A stretch of DNA of 57,013 nucleotides from Chiloscyllium plagiosum (lineage: Eukaryota), in contig NC_057719.1 in NCBI RefSeq assembly GCF_004010195.1, positions 504,389 to 561,401 of the forward strand. The letters are read 5' to 3'. The position numbers and the translations under genes are program-made. The notes below the pieces were generated by a model. The model did not search any database. It worked only from the letters and a program-made list of their open reading frames with translations, and was not told the DNA's origin. This document shows positions 1-13,200 of this stretch, one piece after another; the stretch's first letter is position 1; each line of letters starts with the position of its first letter.

Positions 1-668
1 TTGACTGGTGTACAAGAACATCCAGATCTCTTTGTACTGCCCCTTTACATAAATTGATTCTATTGAGGTAGTAATCTGCCTTCCTGTTCTTGCCACCAAA
101 GTGGATAACCATACATTTATCCACATTAAACTGCATCTGCCATGCATCTGCCCACTCACCTAACTTGTCCAGGTCACCCTGTAATCTCCTAACATCCTCC
201 TCACATTTCACCCTGCCACCCAACTTTGTATCATCAGCAAATGTGTTAATGTTATTATAATACCATCTTCTATATCATTAACATATATTGTAAAAAGCTG
301 CGGTCCAAGTACTGATCCCTGCGGTACCCCACTGGTCACATATAAGATCAGACAGTTAGATAGGTTGGACTGTGAGAGCCTTTCCCTTGGATGGCAATGG
401 CGAGCACGAGGGGACATAGCATTAAACCGAGGGGGTGATAGATATAGGATGGATGTCAGAGGTAGTTTCTTTACTCAGAGAGTAATGGGGCATGGAACAG
501 CCTGCTTGCAACAGTCGTAGACTCTCCAATTCTAAGGGCATTTAAATTGTCATTAGATAGGCATATGGACAAGAGTGGAATAGTTAGATGGGCTTCAGAT
601 TGGTTCCAAAGGTCAGCACAACATCGAGGGCCAAAGAGCTTGTACTACACTGTAATGTTCTATGTTCT
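1..668. mobile_element. CR1 LINE fragments (RT on minus 1-340; 3' tail on plus 345-668)
   Basis: VTSGVPQGSVLGPQLFTIY motif; tail ending atgttctatgttcta. Confidence 0.85.
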
Positions 669-1272
669 ACTTTGGCTCAGAGTAGTTTTGTCAAGTTGCA
701 TGCAGGGTTTCTCTTTGTGAAATCAAGTGGGACTTCTCATCATATCTCACTAAACTTGTCTCATTGACTACTTAACCCACCTCAATGGTGCCCCTCACCC
801 AATTCTATCATGCAGTGTACCTGGAACAACTCACCACTGCTGGGGTATCCCGTAACAGACTGGAATCCTTGGCACTGGTGCCATCTTTAAAAGGCCAGAC
901 AGCGATAGGCTCAGAGTGAGTGAGTGAGGTAGCGCTGTGACAGAGTGAGGAGTTACAGCCTGGTCCAGTCCCTGAGCTGGGGGAGTTGGGTGATCCCTGA
1001 GCACGCAGTGCCCTTGCGGCAGTGTTACAATTACAGTTACCAGGGCAACCCGAGCAGCAGCTTGGAAGGGCAGAGTGTCCTGTAACTGAGTTGAGAGTGT
1101 GGTGCTGGAAAAGCACAGCAGGTCAGGCAATGTCTGAGGAGCAGGAGAATCAACATTTTAGGCATAAGCCCTTCATCATGTCCCTCTGGGATACACTTGT
1201 CCATTTCATAATCACCAACAGCACCACCACTCTCCTCAGCACCTTCCCATGTAACCGCAGAAGGTGGCCATT

Positions 1273-1590
1273 TTAGATTAGATTACTTACAGTGTGGAAA
1301 CAGGCCCTCTAGCCCAACAAGTCCACACCGACCCTCCGAAGAGCAACCCACCCAGACCCATTCCCCTACATTTACCCATTCATCTAACACTGTGGACAAT
1401 TTAGCATGGCCAATTCACCTGACCTGCACATCTTTGGACTGTGGGAGGAAACTGGAGCACGCAGAGGAAACCCACGCAGACACAGGGAGAATGTGCAAAT
1501 TCCACACAGACAATTGCCTGAGGCAGGAATTGAACCTGGGTCCCTGGTGCTGTGAGGCAGCAGTGCTAACCACTGAGCCACCGTGCCACC
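1273..1590 (-). mobile_element. HE1-type tRNA-derived SINE
   Basis: GGTGGCTCAGTGGTTAGCA A box, GGTTCAATTCC B box, CR1-like tail with ctaat repeats. Confidence 0.85.
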
Positions 1591-1750
1591 TTTTTAACAT
1601 AGTGCCCTGCTCACATGCTCACATGTCTGTCCTCGGCGTGCTGCGGTGTTCCTGTAAACACAGTGCAAACTGGAGGAACAACATCTCATCTTCAGACAAG
1701 GCACTTTACAGCCTTGTGGACTTCATATTGAGTTCAACACCTTTAACTTG
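1590..1750 (+). mobile_element. Penelope-like (Neptune-type) endonuclease C-terminal remnant
   Basis: Translates KLEEQHLIFRQGTLQPCGLHIEFN; related pieces at 1090-1270 and 3420-3660. Confidence 0.6.
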
Positions 1751-1772
1751 TGAATCATTTCTTCTCTTTCTT

Positions 1773-3360
1773 TTAGAGTCAGAGTCATAGAGATGTACAG
1801 CATGGAAATAGACCCTTCGCTCCAACTCGTCCATGCCGACCAGATATCCTAAATTAATCCAATCCCATTTCCCAGCACTTGTCTAATCTAAACCCTTCCT
1901 ATTCACTTACCCATCCAAATGCCTCTTAAATGTTGGATTTGTACCAGCCTCCACCACTTCCTCTGGCAGCTCATTCCATACACGTACCACCCTCTGTGTG
2001 AAAAAGTTGCCCCTTAGGTCTCTTTTATATCTTTCCCCTCTCACCCTAAACCTATGCCCTCTAGTTCTGGACTCCCAGACCCCAGGGAAAAGACTTTGTC
2101 TAATTATTCTATCCATGCCCCTCGTGATTTTATAAACCTCTATAAGGTCACCCCTCAGACTCTGATGCTCCACGGAAATTAGCCCCAGCCTGTTCAGCCT
2201 CTCCCTGTAGCTCAAATCCTCCAACCCTGGCAGCATCCTTGTAAACCTTTTCTGAACCCTTTCAAGTTTCACACCATCTTTCCGATAGGAAGGAGACCAG
2301 AATTGCACGCAATATTCCAACAGTGGCCTAACCAATGTCCTGTACAGCCGCAACATGACCTCCCAACCCCTGTACTCAATACTCTGGCTAATAAAGTAAA
2401 GCAAACCAAACTCCTATCTACCTGTGACTCCACTTTCAAGGAGCTATGGACCTGCACTCCAAGGTCTCTTTGTTCAGCAAAACTCCCTAGGACCTTGCCA
2501 TGAAGTACGGGTGGCACACTGGCTCAGTGGTTAGCACTGCTGTCTCACAGTACTAGGGACCTAGGTTCAATTCCCGCCTTGTGTGAATGTCTGTGTGGAG
2601 TTTGCACATTCTCCCTATGTCTGTGCGGGTTTCCTCTGGGTGCTTGCTTTCCTCCCACAATCCAAAGATATGCAGGTCAGGTGAATTGGTCATGCTAAAT
2701 TGCCTGTAGTGTTAAGCTGCATTAGTCAGGGGTAAATATAAGGTGGGGGAATGGATCTGGGTGGGTTACTTTTCAGAGGGTCAGTGTGGACTTGTTGGGC
2801 CTAATGGGTTATTTCCATACTGTAGGGAATCTAATCTATGTATAAGTCCTGCTCTGATTTGCTTTTCCAAATTGCAGCACCTTGTATTTATCTAAATTAA
2901 ACTCCATTTGCCACTTCTCAGCCCATTGGCCCATCTGATCAAGATCCCGTTGTAATCTGAGGTAACCTTCTTCGCTGTTCACTACACCTCCAATTTTGGT
3001 GTCATCTGCAAGCTTACTAACTATACCTCTTATGTTCACATCCAAATCATTTATATAAATGATCAAAAATAGAGGACCCAGCCCTGATCCTTGTGGCACT
3101 CCACTGGTCACAGGCCTCCAGTCCGAAAAACAACCCTCCACCACCACCCTCTGTCTTCTACCTTTGAGCCAGTTCTGTATCCAAATGGCTAGTTCTCCCT
3201 GTATTCCATGAGATCTAACCTTGCTAATCAGTCTCCCATGGGAAACCTTGTCAAGTGCCTTACTGAAGTCCATATAGATCACATCAACTGCTCTGCCCTC
3301 ATCAATCTTCTTTGTTACTTCTTCAAAAAACTCAATCAAGTTTGTGAGACATGATTTCCC
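1773..3360 (-). mobile_element. 5'-truncated CR1/HER1 LINE (RT and 3' UTR), interrupted by a SINE
   Basis: [35 protein letters not shown] motifs; ctatga tail. Confidence 0.92.
2508..2836 (+). mobile_element. HE1-type SINE nested in CR1
   Basis: A/B boxes, tail ending tctaatcta. Confidence 0.85.
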
Positions 3361-4130
3361 ATCCCACTTACTATCTTTTCAAGTCTGGCAGAAGACATAC
3401 CATTGTTCTGCCATTCTCACATTGCGATCCCTTAATCTGAACTATCAATATCTTTACTCCCCCAGTGCACAACAGCCACCAACTGCTCCCTGCTCCCTCC
3501 CCCCCCCCCTCCCAACTATAGCATCAATCTGCCCACTCCACACTTCAGCTCTGATGGAAACACTAGCTTGCTCTCTCCCCAGGGATGCTGCCTGATGCTG
3601 TGATCTCCTGCACTTGCTGTTTTCAGTACAGATTCCAGCATCTGCAGTAATTTGTTCCTAAAATAAATCCCCTGAGTCTCTTTGATAAATCTTCTCAGCA
3701 TCTTTACCCATTATCTTTAACAAGAAGAAACCAGGCTGTTTATGGTGGTCTAGACGTGGTTTCTAAGCATGGATCTACACAGGTTTAATGTAATGTTGCT
3801 ATTTTTAGTGATTTGTGTGTCAGTAATTCTGGATATCAGGTAGAAACTTGAAAAGAGAAATACACTTGTGCTCTTCCACATCTAGATCATTGTTCATCTC
3901 CCTCTTTCTCTTTTCCACCGCCAGTAACCATTCCCACAGCAGGATGGTTCCCAAGCTCTGGAATTCCCTTCCTAAAACTTCCTTTTCTTAAAGACCCTTT
4001 ATCCAAGCTACAGGTTTGAATCCAGCTTTAAGTTCCAATATGTCATTATCTCTTACTCAGCATGAGATTTTTTTCTGAATCATACTCCCATAGTAACCTT
4101 CTCCTATGATATAAATGAAAGTTCATTTAC

Positions 4131-4281
4131 CTTCAGCATCTGTACCTCAGGCTCGAGCTTTAAGCTGAATCCTGTCAGGACCTTTGGCTTGTTTTGAAAC
4201 TGTACCAGTGAGCTGTGTAATGACAGAATCTGTTCCTTCATTGATTCCAGTGCAGTGAAGGCCATTCTCAGTGAAGTCTCT
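4131..4281 (-). CDS. Nesprin-like helical exon ([41 protein letters not shown]...MLK)
   Basis: 151 nt, phase 2/0, AAG|GTAAAT donor, amphipathic-helix pattern. Confidence 0.8.
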
Positions 4282-7200
4282 CTGTAACAAACACAGGATC
4301 AATATGGCAACATTGGCCATGGACAATTAATTCATCTCTAGCTAGGTCTCACATTTACTGCCCATCTTTAAATGTCTCAGAGGGCAGTTAAGAGTCAACT
4401 CCATTGTGTGGCTCTGGAGTCACATGTGTGTGTCAGACCATGTAAGATGTCCCTCCCTAAAGGACAGTAGTGAATCAGATGGGTTTTAATGACAATTGTC
4501 ACCATTAGACCAGTTGTTTAATTCCAGCATCTACCAAGGTGGGGTTTGAACCCAGACCCTCAGGACATTAGGCTGGGGTACTGGATTACAGCTCAGTGAC
4601 ATTACACACCCCCACCACCTACCCTCTCCTCATCATAGTTGTCTACCACTTGGCAGTCAGTCTCTCATTCGTACAAGTGGGGAGATGTTGCTGTCGTGGT
4701 AATGTCACTCGGCTAGTGAGGTCCAGTCTCGTAGTCTAAAGCCAGGGGTTCAAATCCCATCTGCCCGAGCTACAACCAAAGTACTGAGTAATTGCAGTTC
4801 TGAAAAGGGGCCACTTGACCCTTGGAGGGCCGAAGGGCCCGTTCCTGTGCTGTATTGACCTGAAACATTAACTCAGATTTCTCTCCATAGTTGCTGCCAG
4901 ACCTGCTGAGCTTTTCCAGCAATTTCTATTTTTGTTTCTGATTTACAGCAACCACAGTTCTTTCGGTTTTTATTCAGTAACTGCTGCTTGCTTTGACATT
5001 TCAGGGAAAGTTGGTGAACGTCAACGTCCTGGACATTGTGGAGAGGTTGATCTGCTCCATTATATTGTATTTCCAGATGTGTATTTTACCTGGTTCTCCA
5101 GGACTAAGAATGGCTTCCTCCACTGGCATTACCCAGATATGACGGAGCATGTTGGTAATGTCATGGTGTGGAGACCCTTGCTAGATTTACTTTATTTTTC
5201 TCTTTTTTTTTGGTGAAACTATTTGTGAGGTTAGTGGTGAAGTCTGAACAGCTGCATGTTTTAAAAGAAGAGACAAACACAGGCGTCTGCAGTTGGTGGC
5301 TGGTCTGGAAGATAATGCAACTTTGTCACCATCTAAAGGACCCTGTGGACAATAGGGCATTGGGTGTTACCAGGCCCAGGGCAGGCATCTGGTTGGACGC
5401 TGAATTGGTCGGCCAACCACAGGGAACGCTGATTAAAAAGGAAGGGATACTGATTCTGATTGGCTTTGGCAGGTGTGGAGCGATGCTGGAATCTCCGAGA
5501 TTAGCTGCTGTGTTTTCTCTCTCTCGGGTTTTCTGTCCACTTTAAGAATCAGAGTCAAAGAGGTGTACAGCATGGAAACAGACCCTTCGGACCATACTGA
5601 CCAGATATCCTAATCTAATCTAGTCCCATTTGCCAGCACTTGGCCCATATCCCTCTGAACCTTTCCTATTCATACACCCATCAGATGCCTTTTAAATATT
5701 GTAATTGTACCAGCCTCCACCACTTCCTCTGGCAGCTCATTCCATAATTGTTGAATGTTCTGAGGAAGGAATCCCAGTCTGTATGAAATAAGTAAATAAT
5801 TCTGGAAGAATTCCAAAATTGTTCACATTCACCAGTGACTTTGAAGTTAGCTATACGATTTGCAACACAGCAAAATTAAAATATTCCCTCAAAATTGCCC
5901 ACCCATTTCCTCACCAGACTACAAATAGAATCATAGAATCCCGACAAGGTAGAAGTATGCCATTTGGCCCATCGATTCTACACCAACCCCCAAATAGCCT
6001 GGGAATAGCTCATTAAACAAGAGCTGCATGAAGGCTTCCATCCATTGTTTGAAACTGTTTAACTGAACTGACAAATTACAATTCTTTTATCGTCTTTCAA
6101 TTTATCCCTTAACTGGGTCTGTCTGTCTGTGTCTGAGTGGGGATGTATGCTCATAGAAGATTGGATTTAAATCATGGATATTTAAAATACTTTGGAATTC
6201 AGATTTGTACTCTAAAATTACAGTACAATTAAAAAATCTGTTAGTTTTTTTGAAGTTAGAAACTTGGAGTCCAAGATCCATTATGTTCGACTCAGGTTCG
6301 ATTCCAGCCTCAGTCGACTGTCTGTGTGGAGTTTGTACACTCTCCCCCTGTCTGAGTGGGTTTCCTCTGGGTGCTCCAGTTTCCTTCCACAGTCCAAAGG
6401 TGTGCAGGTCAGGTGGATTGGCCGTGGGAATTAGAAGGTTACAGGGATACGGTAGGGGGATGGGTCTGTTTGGGATGCTCTTTGGGGGTTGGTGTAGAAT
6501 CGATGGGCCAAATGGCATACTTCTACCTTGTCGGGATTCTATGATTCTATTTGTAGTCTGGTGAGGAAACGGGTGGGCAATTTTGAGGGAATATTTTAAT
6601 TTTGCTGTGTTGCAAATCCAGTTGATAGGAAGGCTTATTTGGTTTGGCTTGCTATCCCTGGGTCCTAACACTGGAATAGTAATCCAGACATCGAGAATAA
6701 TGCTCTGGGGACATGGTTCAAATCCCACTGTGAAGCCGAGGAATTTAATAAATCAATTAATGAATCTGGAGTTGAATGCTCATGTCAATGAAACTATTGT
6801 TTCAAGCTGTGAAACCCAAATGATTCACTAATCTGCCATCCTTACTAGCTCTGGCCTGCATGTGACTCCACAGCAACATGTGACTCCAGAGACACAGAAG
6901 AGGACCTTTGGAAAGGATTTCCTGACACTCCAGCCCCTAGATAGCAGAGAGCTGCTTTCACAACTTTAATGAGATTAACACAACCAACCATCCCCTCATC
7001 CTCTGGGTATCACTGTCACACAGATTGTACACTTTCCTAGTTATTTAGCTGAATTGGCCACTTCTTCACAAGCTACCTCAAAATCTGCTAACAATTCCTC
7101 ACTGCTTATCTTAGGAAATAGTAAGTCATCAATCTTAAACCTTACAGGACAGTATACTGAATATCCAGTACCTTTCAGAAATCTCATTCCCTGTCTTTAC

Positions 7201-10200
7201 GGTGTGGTCCTGTCTTTCAACGTCTGCCATGCTTCGACCTTCCTCCTCTCGAGTCTCTTTACCTTGCTGTGCCCTTTCACTGGGATCCACCAAGTCCAAA
7301 GTCATAATGTCAGCAAACTCCTAGGGAAAGAAACAGGACACATCCAACACTTTCAAATCCTGCACTGAGATAGGTTAAGGGTGAGAGGGGAAAGATATAA
7401 AAGAGACCTAAGGGGCAACTTTTTCACACAGAGGGTGGTACGTGTATGTAATGAGCTGCCAGAGGATGTGGTGGAGGCTGGTACAAGTGCAACATTTAAG
7501 AGGCATTTGGATGGGTATATGAATAGGAAGGGTTTGGAGGGATATGGGCCGGGTGCTGGTAGGTAGGACTAGATTGGTTTGGGATATCTGGTCGGCATGG
7601 ACAGGTTGGACCGAAGGGTCTGTTTCCATGCTGTACATCTCTATGACCCTATGACTCTATGAAATCACAAGTTCCTAGAAGGATTATTGTCAGTTTAAAT
7701 AGACTGAAGTCAGGGGACTGACCCTTCAGGGTGATGGTTCAGGTATAAACATGGGTTGAAATGACAACAGAGTCAATAATCTCTTCTGAAACATCAGAGG
7801 CAGTTTCTGTTTAGAATTGCTAAGTGTCTTACTGAGACACTGTTCACGATGTCTCATTGAAGATAAGCTTATTTTTATAAACAGAAAAGAAGGGAGGGCA
7901 TCAATTTGCCCCCCAGAGCCATCTGGTGACCAGAGTTTGAAATTACCTTGTGACTGTTTACATATCAAAACTGAATGGGAGATACAGGTACTGCCATTCA
8001 CAATGGGAAACATTGTCTCAAAAATGTCATCAAAATCTCTGACAACAAGAAATACAACTTACAGGAAATAATTAAATAGAAAGTATTTAAAACATATCTA
8101 CATAATTTACAGAAGAAGACTAGTTTAAACAGAAAGCTTCATTTCTCTTTAACTTTAGCAAGTATTTGATTGGTTAAGAGTACAGTAAGGATACCTGTTC
8201 AGTGCTGTGCACTGGTTTCCCTGAGTCCTTCCTCGTTGGATCATCAGTCAAGTTACTGCGTTCTAAATATTCCATTTGAGATTGGGAAAAATCAGCAAGC
8301 GGCCAAGTCACAGTCGTCGCAGACTCCTTTCCCGTCAATTCACCTTCATCTCGTGGTTCAAGGTCTTCATTCAGTGTTCTGACAAGTCTTGCTGCAGAAC
8401 CAGCTGACTGATTTCTCTCTGCATTTGAAGAGCAGCTCACTGATTGGGCAGAATTTTCCATTTCTTTGGAACTCTGAGGGATGTGAATTCTGGGAGGGAA
8501 CGCATCTCCTTCTGGGGTGGCAGTCTGATCGGCTCTGATTTGAAAAACTGGTGCTGACTCAGCAGAAGCCTCCTTTACTTGCTCCACCTGGCTCAAAGGC
8601 TCTCCCTCAAACTGCCCTGACAATCCAGGTTCAAGGGTAACATCCACTTCAGGGGAAATCATTTCTCCTGACGGAATGATTGCCTGGACACTACGCTGGC
8701 ATTCAGGACCCAGGGGCTGCACACCTGGGGGATTGAGCTCAGCAGGTTGGTGTCTGCGTGAGCCAGCTCTGCCTGTCTGCTCCTGTTCACTCACAGCATC
8801 CTGCGTATACTGAACAAAACAAGATTGTTGTGCTGGTTCAGAATTCTCCCGCAGCAGAGCAACAGCCTGCTGTCTCTCAGTCCAACCTTCTGGTTCAGAA
8901 AGAGCATGCTCAGGATTCCCTGGGTCACCAGTCTGTTCATGTGCCCACAGTTTCATTCCTTCCCTGTCCAATGAATCCACATTGTTTTGGGTCATGGTCT
9001 GCGTTGCTCCGGTTACAGACATTTCTGCAGGTGGGGTGTGGCCTTCACTTTGCTCACTGATGGGTAATCGGTCAGTATCACCTCTCGGGAGGCCATATGC
9101 CTCATCTTGATCAGTCTTTGCTCCTATGTTGGGAGGAGAAGATACCTTTCCACAACAGCCTCCTGTCTGTTCCTGTTCCCCCTGTATCGCTCCTTCCCAG
9201 TTCACTGAATCTTCCATTTTGCGAGGATCAGTCTGATCTGCTCCAATCAGAATCTCCTCTACAGACAGAGTGAGATCATCACCCCATTTTCTACCAGTCA
9301 TGTTCTCACGGATCTCTGCACTTTGGCCCTCAGATGCTCTCACCAATAATACAGTATTCTGAGCTACTGCATTCTCAGTTTGTTTCTCCACAGACAGTGG
9401 CTCTGTCACTGCACCATGAGAGGCATCACTCACTAGGCCATCAGCCTTCTCTCTCTCACTCAGATCCTTGCCTGACACTCCTGCTGAATCCTCCATGACT
9501 GTAGCATCACCCTGAAGTTCTCCACTCAGACTCATTGTCATCAAAGGGGCAGAAGATCCTGTGCTTGTCCTATCGCCATGTTCTCTCTCCCTCAGATGTT
9601 CTGGAGAGTCCACTCCAAGTGGGCCCAATGTCTGCACTTTCCCAGAATGAAGCTCTGTCCCTGATTGAGAAATCTTCTCTGATTCAAGGACGTTCAGCTC
9701 TTTCTCCATCACACACTTTCTTCCAGACTGAGCAGAATCTTCTGCTGTCAGGTCAGCATTGGTTCCTTCTTCACTGACAGAGTCTGGGAGTAACTGCCCA
9801 GAATCATCTTCTGGAAGGTCACACACCTTAATGTCTCCACTGAGGGCCAGTTCTGACAACTGACCAGAACCTGCCATTGTTGGATGGTCACATCTGTCTG
9901 TTCTAACTGGAGATGATGTTGATAATTGGGTGGGATCTTGTCTTGGCTGATTTCCAGTCAGCTCCCTTTCACTCACAGACACTGTTAGTGATTTCTGAGT
10001 GCCCTCCACAGGTAGGCCATAAGCCTGGTTCACCCCACTGGAATACTCTTTTGGAAGTTGATCTGTACTTTCTGTTGCTGCAGTGATTGTCTGCTCTTGG
10101 TCAAACACAAAGTCTGGGTTATCATGAGTAGGTAATTCTCCCATTAGGGTTTGGCTTCCGTTACTCTGAGATACTTCGACTAACTGAGGAAAGGCCTGCG

Positions 10201-13200
10201 TGAGTAGGCCATAACTGTGGTCTTGTTCACTCAGGGACCGCACAATGTTCTTTGCTACAGCTGTGTAGGTCTGGGTTTGTTCACTGATGGGTAATCGGTC
10301 AGTATCATTGCTCGGGAGGCCATATGCCTCATCTTGAACAGCCATTGCTCCTATTTTGGGAGAAAGAGATACCTTTCCCCAACGGCCTCCTGTCAGATTC
10401 TGTTCTCCCTGTATTACTCCTTCCCAGTTCAATGAATCTTTCATTTTGCGGGGATTGGTCTGATCTGCTCTAATCAGAATCTTCTCTACAGACAGAGTAA
10501 GATCGTCACCCCATTTTCCACTAGTCATACTCTCTTGGATGTCCTCACGTTGTCCCTGAGATTGTTTCTCCTCAGACAGTGGCTCTGCTGCTTCAGGAGT
10601 GGCATCACTCACTTGGCCATCAGCCTGAGGTCTCTCACTCAAATCCCCTCCTGACCCTACTGGTGAATCCTCCATGACTGTACTGTCACCCTGATTTTGT
10701 CCACTCAGACTCATTGTCATCAAAGGGGCAGAAGGCCTTGTGGTTAACCTCTCGCCATGTTCTCCCTCCCTCAGGCTTTCTGTAGCATCCACTCCAAGTG
10801 GGCCCAATGCCTGCACTTTCCCAGAATGAAGCTCTGTCCCTGATTGTGAAATCCTCTCTGATTCAAGGACGTTCAGCTCTTTCTCCATCACACACTCTCT
10901 TCCAGACTGAGCAGAATCTTCTACTGTCAGGTCAGCATTGGTTCCTTCTTCACTGACAGAGTCGGGGGGTAACTGCCCAGAATCCTCTCCTGGGAGGTCA
11001 CAAACTTCAATGTATCCACTGAGGGCCAGTTCTGACAACTGACCAGAACCTGCCACTATTGGATGGTCACATCTGTCTGTTCTAACTGGAGATGATGTTG
11101 ATAATTGGGTGGGATCTTGTCTTGATTGATTTCCAGTCAGCTCCCTTTCACTCACAGACACTGTTAGTGATTTCTGAGTGCCCTCCACAGGTAGGCCATA
11201 AGCCTGGTTCACCCCACTGGAATACTCTTTTGGAAGTTGATCTGTACTTCCTGTTGCTGCAGTGATTGTCTGCTCTTGGTCAAACACAAAGTCTGGGTTA
11301 TCATGAGTAGGTAATTCTCCCATTAGGGTTTGGCTTCCATTACTCTGAGATACTTCGACTAACTGAGGAAAGGCCTGCGTGAGTAGGCCATAACTGTGGT
11401 CTTGTTCACTCAGGGACTGCACAATGTTCTTTGCTACAGCTGTGTAGGTCTGGGTTTGTTCGCTGATGGGTAATCGGTCAGTATCACCTCTCGGGAGGCC
11501 ATATGCCTCATCTTGAACAGCCATTACTCCTATGTTGGGAGGAGTAGATACCTTTCCCCAATGGCCTCCTGTCAGTTCCTGTTCCCCCTGTATCGCTCCT
11601 TCCCAGTTCACTGAATCTTTCATTTTGCAGGGATCAGTCTGATCTGCTCCAATCAGAATCTCCTCTACTGGCAGAGTAAGATCATCATCCCATTTTCTAC
11701 CAGTCATTGTCTCACGGATCTCTGCACTTTGGCCCTCAGATGCTCTCACCAATAATACAGTATTCTGAGCTACTGCATTCTCAGTTTGTTTCTCCACAGA
11801 CAGTGGCTCTGTCACTGCACCATGAGAGGCATCACTCACTAGGCCATCAGCCTTCTCTCTCTCACTCAGATCCTTGCCTGACACTCCTGCTGAATCCTCC
11901 ATGACTGTAGCATCACCCTGAAGTTCTCCACTCAGACTCATTGTCATCAAAGGGGCAGAAGATCCTGTGCTTGTCCTATCGCCATGTTCTCTCTCCCTCA
12001 GATGTTCTGGAGAGTCCACTCCAAGTGGGCCCAATGTCTGCACTTTCCCAGAATGAAGCTCTGTCCCTGATTGAGAAATCTTCTCTGATTCAAGGACGTT
12101 CAGCTCTTTCTCCATCACACACTTTCTTCCAGACTGAGCAGAATCTTCTGCTGTCAGGTCAGCATTGGTTCCTTCTTCACTGACAGAGTCTGGGAGTAAC
12201 TGCCCAGAATCATCTTCTGGAAGGTCACACACCTTAATGTCTCCACTGAGGGCCAGTTCTGACAACTGACCAGAACCTGCCATTGTTGGATGGTCACATC
12301 TGTCTGTTCTAACTGGAGATGATGTTGATAATTGGGTGGGATCTTGTCTTGGCTGATTTCCAGTCAGCTCCCTTTCACTCACAGACACTGTTGGTGATTT
12401 CTGAGTGCCCTCCACAGGTAGGCCATAAGCCTGGTTCACCCCACTGGAATACTCTTTTGGAAGTTGATCTGTACTTTCTGTTGCTGCAGTGATTGTCTGC
12501 TCTTGGTCAAACACAAAGTCTGGGTTATCATGAGTAGGTAATTCTCCCATTAGGGTTTGGCTTCCGTTACTCTGAGATACTTCGACTAACTGAGGAAAGG
12601 CCTGCGTGAGTAGGCCATAACTGTGGTCTTGTTCACTCAGGGACTGCACAATGTTCTTTGCTACAGCCGTGTAGGTCTGGGTTTGTGCACTGATGGGTAA
12701 TCGGTCAGTATCATCGCTCGGGAGGCCATATGCCTCATCTTGAACAGCCATTGCTCTTAACTTGGAAGGAGTAGATACCTTTCTCCAACAGCCTCCTGTC
12801 AGCTCCTGTTCCCCCTCTATCGCTCCTTCCCAGTTCACTGAATCTTTCATTTTGCAGGGATCAGTCTGATCTGCTCCCAGCAGAATCTCCTCTACTGGCA
12901 GAGTGAGATCATCACCCCATTTTCTACCAGTCATGTTATCTTGGATCTCCTCAGGTTGGCCCTCAATTTGTTTCTCCTCAGTCAGTGACTCTGTCACTGC
13001 ACCAGGAGAGACATCACTCACTAGGCCATCAGCCTTCTCTCTCTCACTCAGATCCTTGCCTGACACTCCTGCTGAATCCTCCATGACTGTACTATTACCC
13101 TGAAGTTGTCCACTCAGACTCATTGTCATCAAAGGAACAGAAGATCCTGTGAATGTCCTATCGCCATGTTCTCTCTCCCTCAGATGTTCTGTAGAGACCA

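Noticed and set aside
2508..2580. tRNA-like sequence with A/B boxes (also about 1520-1590, 46620-46688, 51985-52055)
   Set aside because: SINE heads followed by SINE body and LINE-derived tail, not tRNA genes
5090..5180. Candidate minus-strand exon with CAG|GTAAAA donor
   Set aside because: No pyrimidine tract at the acceptor, and the flanking exons already join in phase
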